This document shows, piece after piece, positions 10,501 through 20,000 of a stretch of 64,000 bases of DNA. Every line of letters begins with the position of its first letter. Within the stretch, counting starts at the first letter, position 1. The notes beneath the pieces are model-generated. The model saw only the letters and a program-made list of their open reading frames with translations. It ran no database searches and was not told the DNA's origin. The position numbers and the translations under genes were made by a program. This stretch comes from a virus: positions 45,101-109,100 of the IMG/VR virus record IMGVR_UViG_3300044970_001982; one strand, 5' to 3'.

Positions 10501-12160
10501 CTATACTTTCTACTGAATAACTACTTGCTGTTTGCAAGTAAGATAGATACCAAGAAAAATCTAACTTAATTGGATTATAATAAGTTTTGTCAGCGCTTCT
10601 GTATACACCAGATATCTCAGCATAGCCGTCAAAAGATATGGTAGATTTTTCTACTGACTCAACTATAAGTCTTGCATCAGAGAAATCTCCAATACCAGGT
10701 TGATATAGATCTGTTAATGGAGAAGATGCCGCATCATATATTGCAGATATTCTAGATACGCCTTCATTTTCCATTCCAGCGTAATCCCAGATTCCCTCTT
10801 CCCATCTTACGTATCCAATATTTGTGGGATATCTTTTATTTATGTCTAATACTATGTCTTTAAATTTTTGAAGAGGTATTCCAGAATCACTAAAATATGG
10901 AGTTGATACTTCCATATCTGAAATTTCAATAATTTCTGGAGTTGCACCTGCGTAGTCAGAGTCTGGAGTAGCTCCATACGCTTTCCATATGTCCAGTTCT
11001 CGTCTTAAGGTTCTTTGAAGTGCTTCTTTGTATACTCCAGGTAAATTTCTGTAAACGTCTAATATTCTCTTTTTATATCTCGAATTATCTTCAAGGAATA
11101 ATCTTGGCAGACCGACTCTGACTCCAAACTCATCAAAAATATTAAAAACATTTGTTGGATATTGATCAAACGCAATTCCATTAACCAATAAAGAATCATA
11201 TTGTCTAATGGTTAAAATTTGCTTATCTATAGGATTATAGAAATACGCATGATCTGTTGGTTTTAAGTTGTAAAAATAACCAAGATCATGAACTGCAGAT
11301 AGCTTTACGCCATCTCCAACTACACCAATTACATTGACGGGAATATTATACGAAACATAAACCCAGGTTAATATTTCCTCATTCGCGCTTGCTATATAAT
11401 TATTTATATTTTGTAAATCTATTTTAGTTACAAATTGATCTATAGAATCTTGCAAAAGTGCTGAAAGGAACTTTCCTCCAGAAGAATTTGGAGTAGCTGT
11501 ACTTGGTGTAGCATTTTCTTCTGAGTCTTCAAAAAGCGAAGTCCATGTAGGGAATCTTCTTAATATATTTTTAGTATTTTGAGATACTACAGGAGACGTA
11601 ATATCGTGAATGCCAATCTCTAAATAAAATAGCAAACCTAAGTCAGATGTATTTCCAGTTTCTGTAAATATTTCTAACTCAATTTTAATCCAAGGCTTAG
11701 AGTTTCTAATAAATATTGCATTAGAATCAAAGGAAACTTTAGACTGAAGCCATGGACCATTTTCTTCGTCTGATTCATATATTTGAATATTAAAAGTTGG
11801 GACTTCGTCTCCGGCAACATTGGTAAATGTATGCTTATAGGCTAAGATATCTATTCTAGAACTTGTATCTACGAACCTGAGTAAGTCAGGGGTTGCAGCA
11901 TCATATATAACTTCTCCGGCATCTGTCATATAAACAGAGTTCTGGACTAATGGTGTTGCGTGGTCTTCCGAGAAAGAGGGGGAGGTTAACTCTATTCCGG
12001 TATAAATATTGTCACCAATAAGGTTTAAGCCATATCTAGACCGAGTGTATGAATAGTTGGTATAAGCTGTATTATGGTACAGGTTAATTGGATTACTGGT
12101 CCAGACATTACTGGACTTATTAAAATCTGAACTTCTCAGAAGTAACAAATATTGTTTCAT
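7595..12160 (-). CDS. Large baseplate wedge/tail protein with Ig-like regions, rich in Ala-Thr-Pro motifs
   Basis: Follows baseplate J; FDEFGVRVGLPRLFLEDNSRYKKRI resembles the wedge LDxxGxxxGxxR...ExDxxYRxRI motif; ATG at 12160 preceded by AAGG. Confidence 0.65.
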   Translation of the reverse strand: MKQYLLLLRSSDFNKSSNVWTSNPINLYHNTAYTNYSYTRSRYGLNLIGDNIYTGIELTSPSFSEDHATPLVQNSVYMTDAGEVIYDAATPDLLRFVDTSSRIDILAYKHTFTNVAGDEVPTFNIQIYESDEENGPWLQSKVSFDSNAIFIRNSKPWIKIELEIFTETGNTSDLGLLFYLEIGIHDITSPVVSQNTKNILRRFPTWTSLFEDSEENATPSTATPNSSGGKFLSALLQDSIDQFVTKIDLQNINNYIASANEEILTWVYVSYNIPVNVIGVVGDGVKLSAVHDLGYFYNLKPTDHAYFYNPIDKQILTIRQYDSLLVNGIAFDQYPTNVFNIFDEFGVRVGLPRLFLEDNSRYKKRILDVYRNLPGVYKEALQRTLRRELDIWKAYGATPDSDYAGATPEIIEISDMEVSTPYFSDSGIPLQKFKDIVLDINKRYPTNIGYVRWEEGIWDYAGMENEGVSRISAIYDAASSPLTDLYQPGIGDFSDARLIVESVEKSTISFDGYAEISGVYRSADKTYYNPIKLDFSWYLSYLQTASSYSVESIDGGVGLTYEVTTKAHANYATPSTFYANLNYLNREDFYVYNRYGQDHVSSPEFNLIKIFTQEGNTLNDIEFRDKTYNEVYNNPSSPNFSSISIEDVSQVKIVFSNGGWDYLTQDYDTTIDIGDYWGGFNLSTPNYYVNPSAGTETSIASPNITADNVNLRIGSTIYNDDVFIQDTNQISSYVYLNEGNSRFEQSLTTPIIYVDDLVDLIIYPPNATPEYLYINSAAPVGLAYFGTDNIINNTAGGAVVDFVDNNRYLVPSSPNILYSFYDESGVQLTTPQYFDSATINFSSTPSYIKFESASGNYYPLYREEYFSFSAQTTPQLFSGFIDSLDNVYENEEQYLVSYFNSDTFLKTINLDSNSFNLNLEYIYDIKDINFLSDTNDIIVYVENKDQLVENINNAVENSDSIEVSLHAKKDTAALMAKRRAIHTGHLFLNEDEYYVYSEPVTETFNGQFFSIKLNSTPTNGSPIIVNVHETQYRNIVFEDSATPGNLSFVNTESVYGNFGNSLYLAYEDVFNITVADKYTGEILFSDLSTATNKLECFDQSTPSIIGREYEVTYTVNQAWSIDNRVYDSVNDEYNTYIYFSTTPNYEEIYSITYESAINDNTQTIDLDVSPDVNPIDEGYVYVSLSEYDFSHTETYLSPGYISDAYSDIMHLSIVSYDENDNIKPGQTFEISGNLILATPNYVTTNDNGLAKTLIRYTGPQPAEVTSSTITITGIGSATPNGGSNSQTGSYVESIPFNIRRTEPNRVWIKAAPTDFIVNADGVSSIGISGKILWKNDSFNHEVQIAWNKARTLKDLFAATPDYLITSQADGSFEIDTAMTSQEVGAPGYWFARVNIVNDEIVRNLLEEDGETVDSTDVTIAGDVIYWYESYDPIQYSNESDIPLPNIYTVNKQDNSELIATPNFVYNHTNPSVLYSLDTTPNWQPPVWTMLNKYTQYQMGIMGTTPNIVVDYSLLHPDHEEY

Positions 12161-12176
12161 CAATTAACCTTAATTT

Positions 12177-13346
12177 TTAATAAACTGAAGTACCCATTAT
12201 AACAGAATTTACCGTTATAGTTCCAGCTGCTAAGTATTTTTTAACACCATCTGGAGTATAATCTGTCAAAGGAATTTCTCTTCCATCAGCTGTCATTGCA
12301 GTTATTACTACACCCCTAATGTAGTCGGAAGCTGTCTTTATTTGACGCTCTAACTCACCAACGGAGAGAGTTTCTCCAACAGATAGAGAATTTAAATACC
12401 TTTTAACGAATAGCACAGATTGATTTCGTATACCAGCTGCCAATGTTTCGTTTACTCCCATAGGAATTCTTATTGTATAAGACAATCCTATCCCAACTTT
12501 TTCGGCTATTCTTACATTAAATTTAACACCAACTGGTTTTACTTGTGAAGTTGCAAGTATGATGTTTTGAGGTAAATTTGATAAGGCTGAAGAATTTTCA
12601 GGAACAACAATAATGTCACAAGAACCAACCCCATAAGATCCTTCTCTAATTTTTACATCCCTAACACCTCTAACAGACAAGGCTGCGAAGCGTACGGACT
12701 CAACTGTTCCAACAGCTTTAGACTTTATAGATGCTACTATTCTTCTTCTATAATTAGAATCTGACTCTGAATTTACATTTGAATAAACTTCTTTTGGATT
12801 ATTACAAAACAGTATTACTCCAGCTGGAGAAAAAAAGCTATGTTTAGTTAGCGAATTAACTGGTGCAACGTAGGCATTGTCAGTGAAATTTGGCTCTACT
12901 CTACCATAAGCTTTTAGATTTCCCCTGGCGATAGTGACGTCTCCAACTAGCTTAAATGAATACTGTTTTGTAACAAAGTTGCTAACATCATTGTAAACAA
13001 GTGTTCCGCTAGGAATTAGTACATCAGAGCTGTGAGCTTTATTTATAAAAAATTCTATATTGAAAGACTGTCTATCTTCTGCGGAATAATCTGTTATAGT
13101 TTTTCTTTGTATCCCATAAAGATCGCCAATAAGGTCTAAATTTTTTCCAGAAGCTGTCAGTAAGTTATTTTGATTAATATTAAATCTAAGAGACTCATAA
13201 AGGTCAGATATTTCAGAAGTAAATGCCTCAGCAAACGCTCTAGCTATCGACCCTGGATATATCGCAGTAATTCCTGCGTCTTTCTGGAGTGAGTTTAGTA
13301 CATTTACTAAAATATCAGACTTATTTTTAATACCGTATACAGTCAT
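12177..13346 (-). CDS. Baseplate J-like wedge protein (T4 gp6 / Mu gp47 family)
   Basis: PGSIARAF, ASGKNLDLIGDLYGIQRK, ESDSNYRRRI, VKPVGV motifs; 389 aa. Confidence 0.85.
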   Translation of the reverse strand: MTVYGIKNKSDILVNVLNSLQKDAGITAIYPGSIARAFAEAFTSEISDLYESLRFNINQNNLLTASGKNLDLIGDLYGIQRKTITDYSAEDRQSFNIEFFINKAHSSDVLIPSGTLVYNDVSNFVTKQYSFKLVGDVTIARGNLKAYGRVEPNFTDNAYVAPVNSLTKHSFFSPAGVILFCNNPKEVYSNVNSESDSNYRRRIVASIKSKAVGTVESVRFAALSVRGVRDVKIREGSYGVGSCDIIVVPENSSALSNLPQNIILATSQVKPVGVKFNVRIAEKVGIGLSYTIRIPMGVNETLAAGIRNQSVLFVKRYLNSLSVGETLSVGELERQIKTASDYIRGVVITAMTADGREIPLTDYTPDGVKKYLAAGTITVNSVIMGTSVY

Positions 13347-13347
13347 T

Positions 13348-13728
13348 TTAATCTCCTAAATTTTGACTGACAGATAGCATGATTGGTTCATCTATATCGG
13401 ATATAATATGTATATCAAATCTTATTGTATCTGGACTTGTTGGAACTGCTTTTATTTGAATATTTCTTCCCTTAAAAAGACCTTCCCTCTGTATCCCAGC
13501 TCTAATTAGAGCTTTTCCAAACTCTGCCGTTTCTCTAGACTGTGGCATTCCGTATAGCCTGGATAAGTCTATTCCTAACTGTGGATATATATAAAAATCT
13601 CCTGGCTCTGTCATCATCCTTAAGTATATTTGCTGAATGTCTTCATGCATAGATGAAGGAGCTAACGCTATATCTTTTAATCCAGATATAACAATATCTC
13701 CATCTAAAGTAAAATATAAATCACTCAT
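13348..13728 (-). CDS. gp25/gpW-like baseplate wedge (sheath initiator)
   Basis: 126 aa immediately upstream of baseplate J; QQIYLRMMTEPGDFYIYPQLGIDL matches the TxxGE..xPxxG motif. Confidence 0.75.
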   Translation of the reverse strand: MSDLYFTLDGDIVISGLKDIALAPSSMHEDIQQIYLRMMTEPGDFYIYPQLGIDLSRLYGMPQSRETAEFGKALIRAGIQREGLFKGRNIQIKAVPTSPDTIRFDIHIISDIDEPIMLSVSQNLGD

Positions 13729-14368
13729 TACTTTCCCTTAAAGCGGTGATGTGTGCCTCCTCAAAAGTAAGGCCTGTTTTTATTAAATCGACTACTCGTA
13801 GAATATGTTCTGGGGAATAGTCTGTTCTATAAGCCTCTATAAGTTTTATTTGCTCTTCTGTCAAACCATCAGTGCTATATTTGGATATATAATCCTGTGT
13901 AGGAACTGTTTGATTGTCTGAAGATAATCTATAGTCACCAGTAATAGTAATGGGAGTTTGGCTTTGTTCTTGTTCATTTTCAATAATAGCTTGAAGATAA
14001 TGTGTTACTCCATTTTGGGATGAATGGATAAGTTTGTTATTTAATTTAACTAAAGTAGGCTCCACATATGTAGAGGCAGAGTAGTTAAAATTAAAACTAT
14101 TCCATCTCAATCCGTCTTCTTTTGTAAACATTTTGATAGAGTCTGCAAATAATGATATTGACTTTCCTTTTGCACTGATTATTATTCCAATTCCAGGAGC
14201 TGCAAATATTTCAATGTCTCCGTCATCCGTAAGACGAATAAAGCTACTTAAATCTGGATGAGTCAATCCGACTTCTCTGTCAGAGAATTCTTTTCTTTTT
14301 TTTATTTCAGAAGAAACTGGGTAGGTTTTTTGCTGATAATTTATTCTATCTATAGAGTCTTTAGTCAT
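13721..14368 (-). CDS. Putative central spike, beta-strand portion
   Basis: EVGLTHPDLSSFIRLTDDGDIEIFA resembles gp5/gpV beta-helix repeats; located between the OB-fold gene and the gp25-like gene. Confidence 0.45.
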   Translation of the reverse strand: MTKDSIDRINYQQKTYPVSSEIKKRKEFSDREVGLTHPDLSSFIRLTDDGDIEIFAAPGIGIIISAKGKSISLFADSIKMFTKEDGLRWNSFNFNYSASTYVEPTLVKLNNKLIHSSQNGVTHYLQAIIENEQEQSQTPITITGDYRLSSDNQTVPTQDYISKYSTDGLTEEQIKLIEAYRTDYSPEHILRVVDLIKTGLTFEEAHITALRESNE

Positions 14369-14736
14369 CAGTACACCATAAATTTCGGTATTCCAGTATT
14401 AAGAGTATAATTATAATTGTAGTTAGCGTTAGATCCAAGATCTTGATAGATATTTATAATATAAGGTTTTGCCTCATTATTATCTCTAAATCCTACTAAA
14501 CATCTTTCTCCAGGAACTGGAGAAACAAATTGGACTCCTCTAGTATAAGGGCACGCAACATTTTTGATTACATTTCCTACACTGTCAGAGTACTGATCTT
14601 CTAAAACTACTATTGCAGTATTTGTTACTTTATCATAAGACATAATAACACCAGGCCTTGTTCTAGCCTTCTGCATTTCTGTTGTTGTTATTTGGTCTTG
14701 TATTTTTTTGTCAAATTTTGGATAATTTACTGGCAT
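14368..14736 (-). CDS. Putative spike OB-fold protein (gp5/gpV N-terminal domain-like)
   Basis: PGVIMSYD...AIV...NVACP...PVPGERCLVGF pattern typical of spike OB folds. Confidence 0.6.
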   Translation of the reverse strand: MPVNYPKFDKKIQDQITTTEMQKARTRPGVIMSYDKVTNTAIVVLEDQYSDSVGNVIKNVACPYTRGVQFVSPVPGERCLVGFRDNNEAKPYIINIYQDLGSNANYNYNYTLNTGIPKFMVY

Positions 14737-14750
14737 ATGCTTCTCCTTAA

Positions 14751-17030
14751 TTACGGATTAGTAAACAATTGACCATTCAGCCATTGATCAATGTATGGCC
14801 TAGACCAAACTGTATCTCCAAATGTAGCTGGGTCATCACGATAAACGGCTTTGACCCATTCTTTAAGATCATTTTCTGTTTTTCCTATAGTTTTATAAAC
14901 CTCTACACAATGCACAAACTGTACACCGCTTATCCATCCATAAGGTTGCTTCCCCCTATAGTCTCCCCATGCCCCAAATTGATAACCATTAGAAGGTTGG
15001 GTTCCCAATCTCTGTAGGCCAAACTGAGGAGGCTGTCCAGTTCTAAATGTATATAAAGCCCATGCCTGATTAATCGGTATCCAAAATCTATGATCAACCA
15101 ACTCTCTCATGATCTCTACAGTTGCATTGTAACTTCCTGTATAAAATCTTAGTGTTTCATATTTTTCTGTCATAACTCTATTGTAGTTATCTATGGTTGG
15201 TTTTGTTTCTCCAGGAAAAACAGTGTCCCAGTTTTTAATTGCAATTTGCCAACCTTGAAGAAGTTCTTTACCATTAGAATCTGTTAATTCATATGTTTTT
15301 TTTCCATGAGCTGCTCCAGATGAGGCGCTGGTGCTAACTTCACCTTGTCTATTTTTTCTATAACCACCAACTCCCATGTTTATTTGAAAAATACCTAAAG
15401 ACATAAAGTCTCCACTAAGTGCATTTGGATTGCATGATGTTGGGTGGCCATTACTTTCTCTAACTATAATTCCAGCAAATATAGCAGCTACTTCATCAGA
15501 GAAAGCTGTTGTCCTTAACATATTAAATACATCTAAACGAGTTAGCTCAGCACCCCAGTCACCATAATAATTTTTTCTTATATTCTCTGGAGTTGGATTA
15601 TATGGAACAACGCCTATTCCTGGAATTTCCACATTTATAGTCCCATACGTAGATGTCCCTCCTGATGTTCCTGTACCAGTATTCGTTCCAGCAATTGCCA
15701 TTGCTCCTCCAGGGCCAACATATCTACCAGATCTCATACCGCTAAAACTAAGGTGTATGTGATTTCTATGGTCAGCATCTCCCATAAAGTTAATATACTC
15801 TAGATATGGTTTATTTAACTTTAAAGCAGATGTCATTGGTTCAAGGCCAGAATCAAGAAGTCCATAATCAGAAATTAAATCACTACTAACAACAACCAGA
15901 TCTGGCAATAGATATTGGGGAACCTCAGCCAAAGCTTCAATTAATATTTGAACAGCCTTATCGTAGGTTTCTTTTGGCGGAATAGTAGATAGTTCTATTA
16001 TTTCTCCATTTATTTTTCCAACCCGCTTAATATCTATTGCTCTACCAAAAACATGATCGCTTAAAAATGTCCTGTCTTTTCCTGCTGCAACAGCTTTGTC
16101 ATAATATCTTTGCGGACTTCTTCCAGCATCTAAGCCACCACCTATGTATATATTTTTTTCATGCATAAGTAACAAAAATTCTATTAAGGCTGGGCATATA
16201 TATGCGTTTGCTCCGCCACCAGGTGAGTCTAAAATTACATCACTTGATAAAAATCTTTCTTCACTAGGAATTTTTGCGTCAGGGAAGAATGTATCTTCGC
16301 CATTACCTATTCTTATTGGTCCATTCGCCCATTCATTTGGAATGTCAAATCTAAATCCACCTATTTTAGCGTTGTCTGAAATAACTGACTCATATTTACT
16401 TCTAAGAAGTGTTAATCTTTCTTGAAACCAGGCGTTTTCTTCTGCTGACAATTCTGATATATATGCAACATTTCTTTTTCCAGCGCTTTGCATTTCTGCA
16501 CTTGGCTGACCTGCATTTCCGTTTTTAGAGTTATTTCCACTATCGCCAGTTGCTGCAGATTCTCCAAGTTTTCTTTCAATTTCAATCTGCTGCATATTTT
16601 GTATGGACTGATCTACGAATGAGGCTCCTAGGTTTTTTCCGGCTATAGATTGAGCTATTATTCTATTATAGGCTGCGGCACCAGTTAATTTTATACTATC
16701 TTCACTTTCATATTGTGTTTCAGGATTGTTAACGGGTTGATCAAAAGATTCGCTAGCAACAGATGCTCCACCAGTTATTAGTGTATTAAGTGAAGTAGAC
16801 ACAGACATACTTAAAGCTTTTGTTGCGTATTTTGGATGCCTATTAAAGATATCTCCATTTATCATGGAGCTAACAGTTGAGGTACTTAAGGTTCTACCTA
16901 AAACTGGAGCAGCTTTTGAAGCGCTTGTATTTTTTACTGGAGACTTTCCACCAGGATAATAATCATTAAATACTGTATTTGCAAAAGATACAGAATCAGA
17001 CAGAGCTGCATTATTAATATTAAAACTCAC
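14751..17030 (-). CDS. Tail-associated cell-wall hydrolase: M15-like Zn peptidase plus SLT/lysozyme-like domain
   Basis: SDHVFGRAIDI ... HRNHIHLSF (H-x6-D and HxH Zn ligands); IIVRESNG ... SLGIFQIN (lytic transglycosylase ES and GxFQ motifs). Confidence 0.75.
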   Translation of the reverse strand: MSFNINNAALSDSVSFANTVFNDYYPGGKSPVKNTSASKAAPVLGRTLSTSTVSSMINGDIFNRHPKYATKALSMSVSTSLNTLITGGASVASESFDQPVNNPETQYESEDSIKLTGAAAYNRIIAQSIAGKNLGASFVDQSIQNMQQIEIERKLGESAATGDSGNNSKNGNAGQPSAEMQSAGKRNVAYISELSAEENAWFQERLTLLRSKYESVISDNAKIGGFRFDIPNEWANGPIRIGNGEDTFFPDAKIPSEERFLSSDVILDSPGGGANAYICPALIEFLLLMHEKNIYIGGGLDAGRSPQRYYDKAVAAGKDRTFLSDHVFGRAIDIKRVGKINGEIIELSTIPPKETYDKAVQILIEALAEVPQYLLPDLVVVSSDLISDYGLLDSGLEPMTSALKLNKPYLEYINFMGDADHRNHIHLSFSGMRSGRYVGPGGAMAIAGTNTGTGTSGGTSTYGTINVEIPGIGVVPYNPTPENIRKNYYGDWGAELTRLDVFNMLRTTAFSDEVAAIFAGIIVRESNGHPTSCNPNALSGDFMSLGIFQINMGVGGYRKNRQGEVSTSASSGAAHGKKTYELTDSNGKELLQGWQIAIKNWDTVFPGETKPTIDNYNRVMTEKYETLRFYTGSYNATVEIMRELVDHRFWIPINQAWALYTFRTGQPPQFGLQRLGTQPSNGYQFGAWGDYRGKQPYGWISGVQFVHCVEVYKTIGKTENDLKEWVKAVYRDDPATFGDTVWSRPYIDQWLNGQLFTNP

Positions 17031-20000
17031 TAGATCACTCTCCTTGGCATAAGGGCTGATTCTTCTGCAGAAATAACAGACTCAGATTCTATCTGCACTT
17101 GCTTAGCGTATACTTGAGCTAAATTATTGGATACTAGTTCCCAGTTTAATGTAACTGGATATCCATCTTCATAATATTCATCCCAGAATATAGTAGGCCA
17201 TTCGCTTGTTTTTTCGTAAGTTGCGTTTAAGATTCTGTATGCAACTAGAGCATTATACAGTTTAACTACGTCATCTTCAGATATTCCATAATTGGTCTGA
17301 GCGTTGTCTCTTAAATATTCGGGAGCAAAGTAAGACAATTTACTATTAATAATTTCATTATATATTGAAAGTTTCTTTACATTCATTGGAGAATCTTCGT
17401 AAATTCCCTTAAAGAACTCTAAACATATAAGATTATTAATTGAGTCTACACTTCCTATATTTTTTTCTTTATTCTTTATAAAGCAGGATGTAACAAATTG
17501 TTCGGCCTGTTGAACAACTGATTCGGGCTGGTAATACCAAATTGTGCCCAAAACTCTTTCTGATGCGGTGACGTCCTTGGCATAATTTGCCACTGTATTT
17601 TCATTTGCACCGGGTTGAAATTGTTGCTCAAATATAACATCATCAGTTGCTGAGTTACTTATTTTTGTTCTAAGAACAAATATTCTATTCTTAAGCTTTT
17701 CTTCTGTATAGAGTTTTGCCCTTCCACCAGGAGTACTTATTGAAGTAAGCTGCGTTTGATTATCTTGATTACCTGGTTCATTTGGAATGCCGCCAACTCT
17801 AATTGTATTAGTTTCTCCAGTATTTATTCCATCAAATCTAACCTTAAATGTAGATCCAGAAATTATATCTTGAACCCAGAAAGTGTCACCGTCAATAAAT
17901 TCGGTAACTTTTACGATCACCCTGAATAGTGATGGTTGGAGATCTGCTTTTTCTGGACCAAGACCGCTTAATTGCAAAACTCTTGCGTGTGTTATTGCAT
18001 TTTCATAGTCTATATGTCTAACTAAATCTTTTATTTCTACTTCTTGCCAGCCAAGACTCTTTAATAAATCGTCACTTCTAATGAATACATTTCCTTCTGG
18101 AGTTTTTACTTTAGTTCTTGCTCCCAACAAACCTGGAAGAAGTGCCTTGGAATGATATCTACCTACAACCATGCCTTGATTATATGACAAGCCGGCATCC
18201 ATTGGCTGGCCATTCTTATTTAGGTATTGTATATAACAACCATGCTGATCAAGTACGTTGTCCCTAATCCATTTCCAGCCCTTCCAAGCTAGCTGTCCAA
18301 CTATAGGAAGTGCAATTGCTGCGGCTGCTCCGCCTGCTGCAGCTGCTATTAGGCCAGAACCAGCTATTAATCCACCAGCAACTGCCTTAAATCCAGTATC
18401 TGAACCACTCTTATTTGCGTCAATTAACTGTTGAGCTTTTTGTGGTAATGTTAATGCAGTTTGATTAGCCATAATATCTTTAACTAAAGATGTAGATCCA
18501 TGCGTATATTCAATTCCACCCATCATTTGTGGCATTAGGGCATCTGATAGGGCGTCTACTGATATATCACCGCCAACATTTATTCCAGTATTTGACGCCA
18601 TAATATTGTCTATATAGAATCTAGTATCATTTCTAATATTTTGTAGCCCCAGCCAGGATCTTAACCATGAAGATAGGAACCAGCGCGATGGGTCATTAAC
18701 AGTAACTAAAGCGTTGGGTGTAATTGATGTTATGTAGCCCATTTCCGGAGTAAAGTGATGAACAACCTGTTCAACTTCAAATAGTCCATACATTCTTTCA
18801 TAGACGTCTGAGAGATATACTAGGTCATGCGGTCTAATATCTGCATTTCCTATGATGATTAGTTCGCCACCATAAATATCTTTAATAGATTCTTTTAGGT
18901 GTGCTAGTGCTATTCTTCTAGCAGACAATTCATCTGGTGTACCTTGAGCATTTTTTGCCACTCCTCTAAATGTTTCAAGGGGATGCATTAATGGGTGCAG
19001 TACTCCAAGGAATCCAGAACCAATCATATTGTCATAATATATTCCTGTTTCAACAGTTATTTCAGTTTGACGTTCTGGTGGCGCACCTTTATCAAGAGCG
19101 ACTGTAACCGGATGCTTTCCATCTGATACCGCAGTAACTACAGTTGCTACGTTATTTAGATTCTCTTGTATTTGATTTGAAATAATATGCGAGAAAGAAC
19201 TAACGTAATGTAGTCGCTGAAATGGCTGTCGTACTTCTAGTACTGGTTCGCCATATTCTCTTGTGAATGGATTATCTACTGCTCTTAATAAAGTGCCAGG
19301 TCTACCCAAGGAATAATAAATTGAATCATTTAAAACCTTATTTAAGATATGTGCTTGTTTTCCAAAGTTTCCAACTTCAGATATAGCGTAACCCATCTGC
19401 ATCATGTTTAATTTAAACATTCCGAGAAGTCCACTAAGACCATCCCCAATTGCAGTAAATATTGGTCCTATATTTCTTTGATAGAAGTCAGATACGTCTT
19501 CACCTATTCCACCTATCCAAGTTGAAGAATTGCTACCCTCTGAAGCGGTAGAAACTAGTAGCTGTAGGAATTTTTCGCTACCTTTTGCATACTGCGAATA
19601 TGGACTTATGAATGCTTCGAAAACCTTATCTACTGGCTTAAATGACCAAGAGCCTTCTGAGCCCTTACCGTTTCCAAAAGGACCTTTCTTTCTGTCTGGC
19701 TTGAGAACTAACCAAGCTCTACCATAAGCTGTGCTCCAAAGTTTTTGCCTAAACAATCCAACCATTAATAAGAATAACTGCTTAGGTGTTTTTATTTGAT
19801 CCGATAACTTTATTGCCTCACTCTGATTATCGGTATTCTCAATAGAATACTGCAGTAGGTTATTTATTATTTGGTTTTCAAAAAAGTTAACTCTAATATT
19901 ATCTAAAGATTTAGATATAACATTATTAAAGTATTCAATGACACCAGCATCTCCGCTTATTCCCTGACTTGTTGCATCAATGTAATTTGTTCTTATAAAT

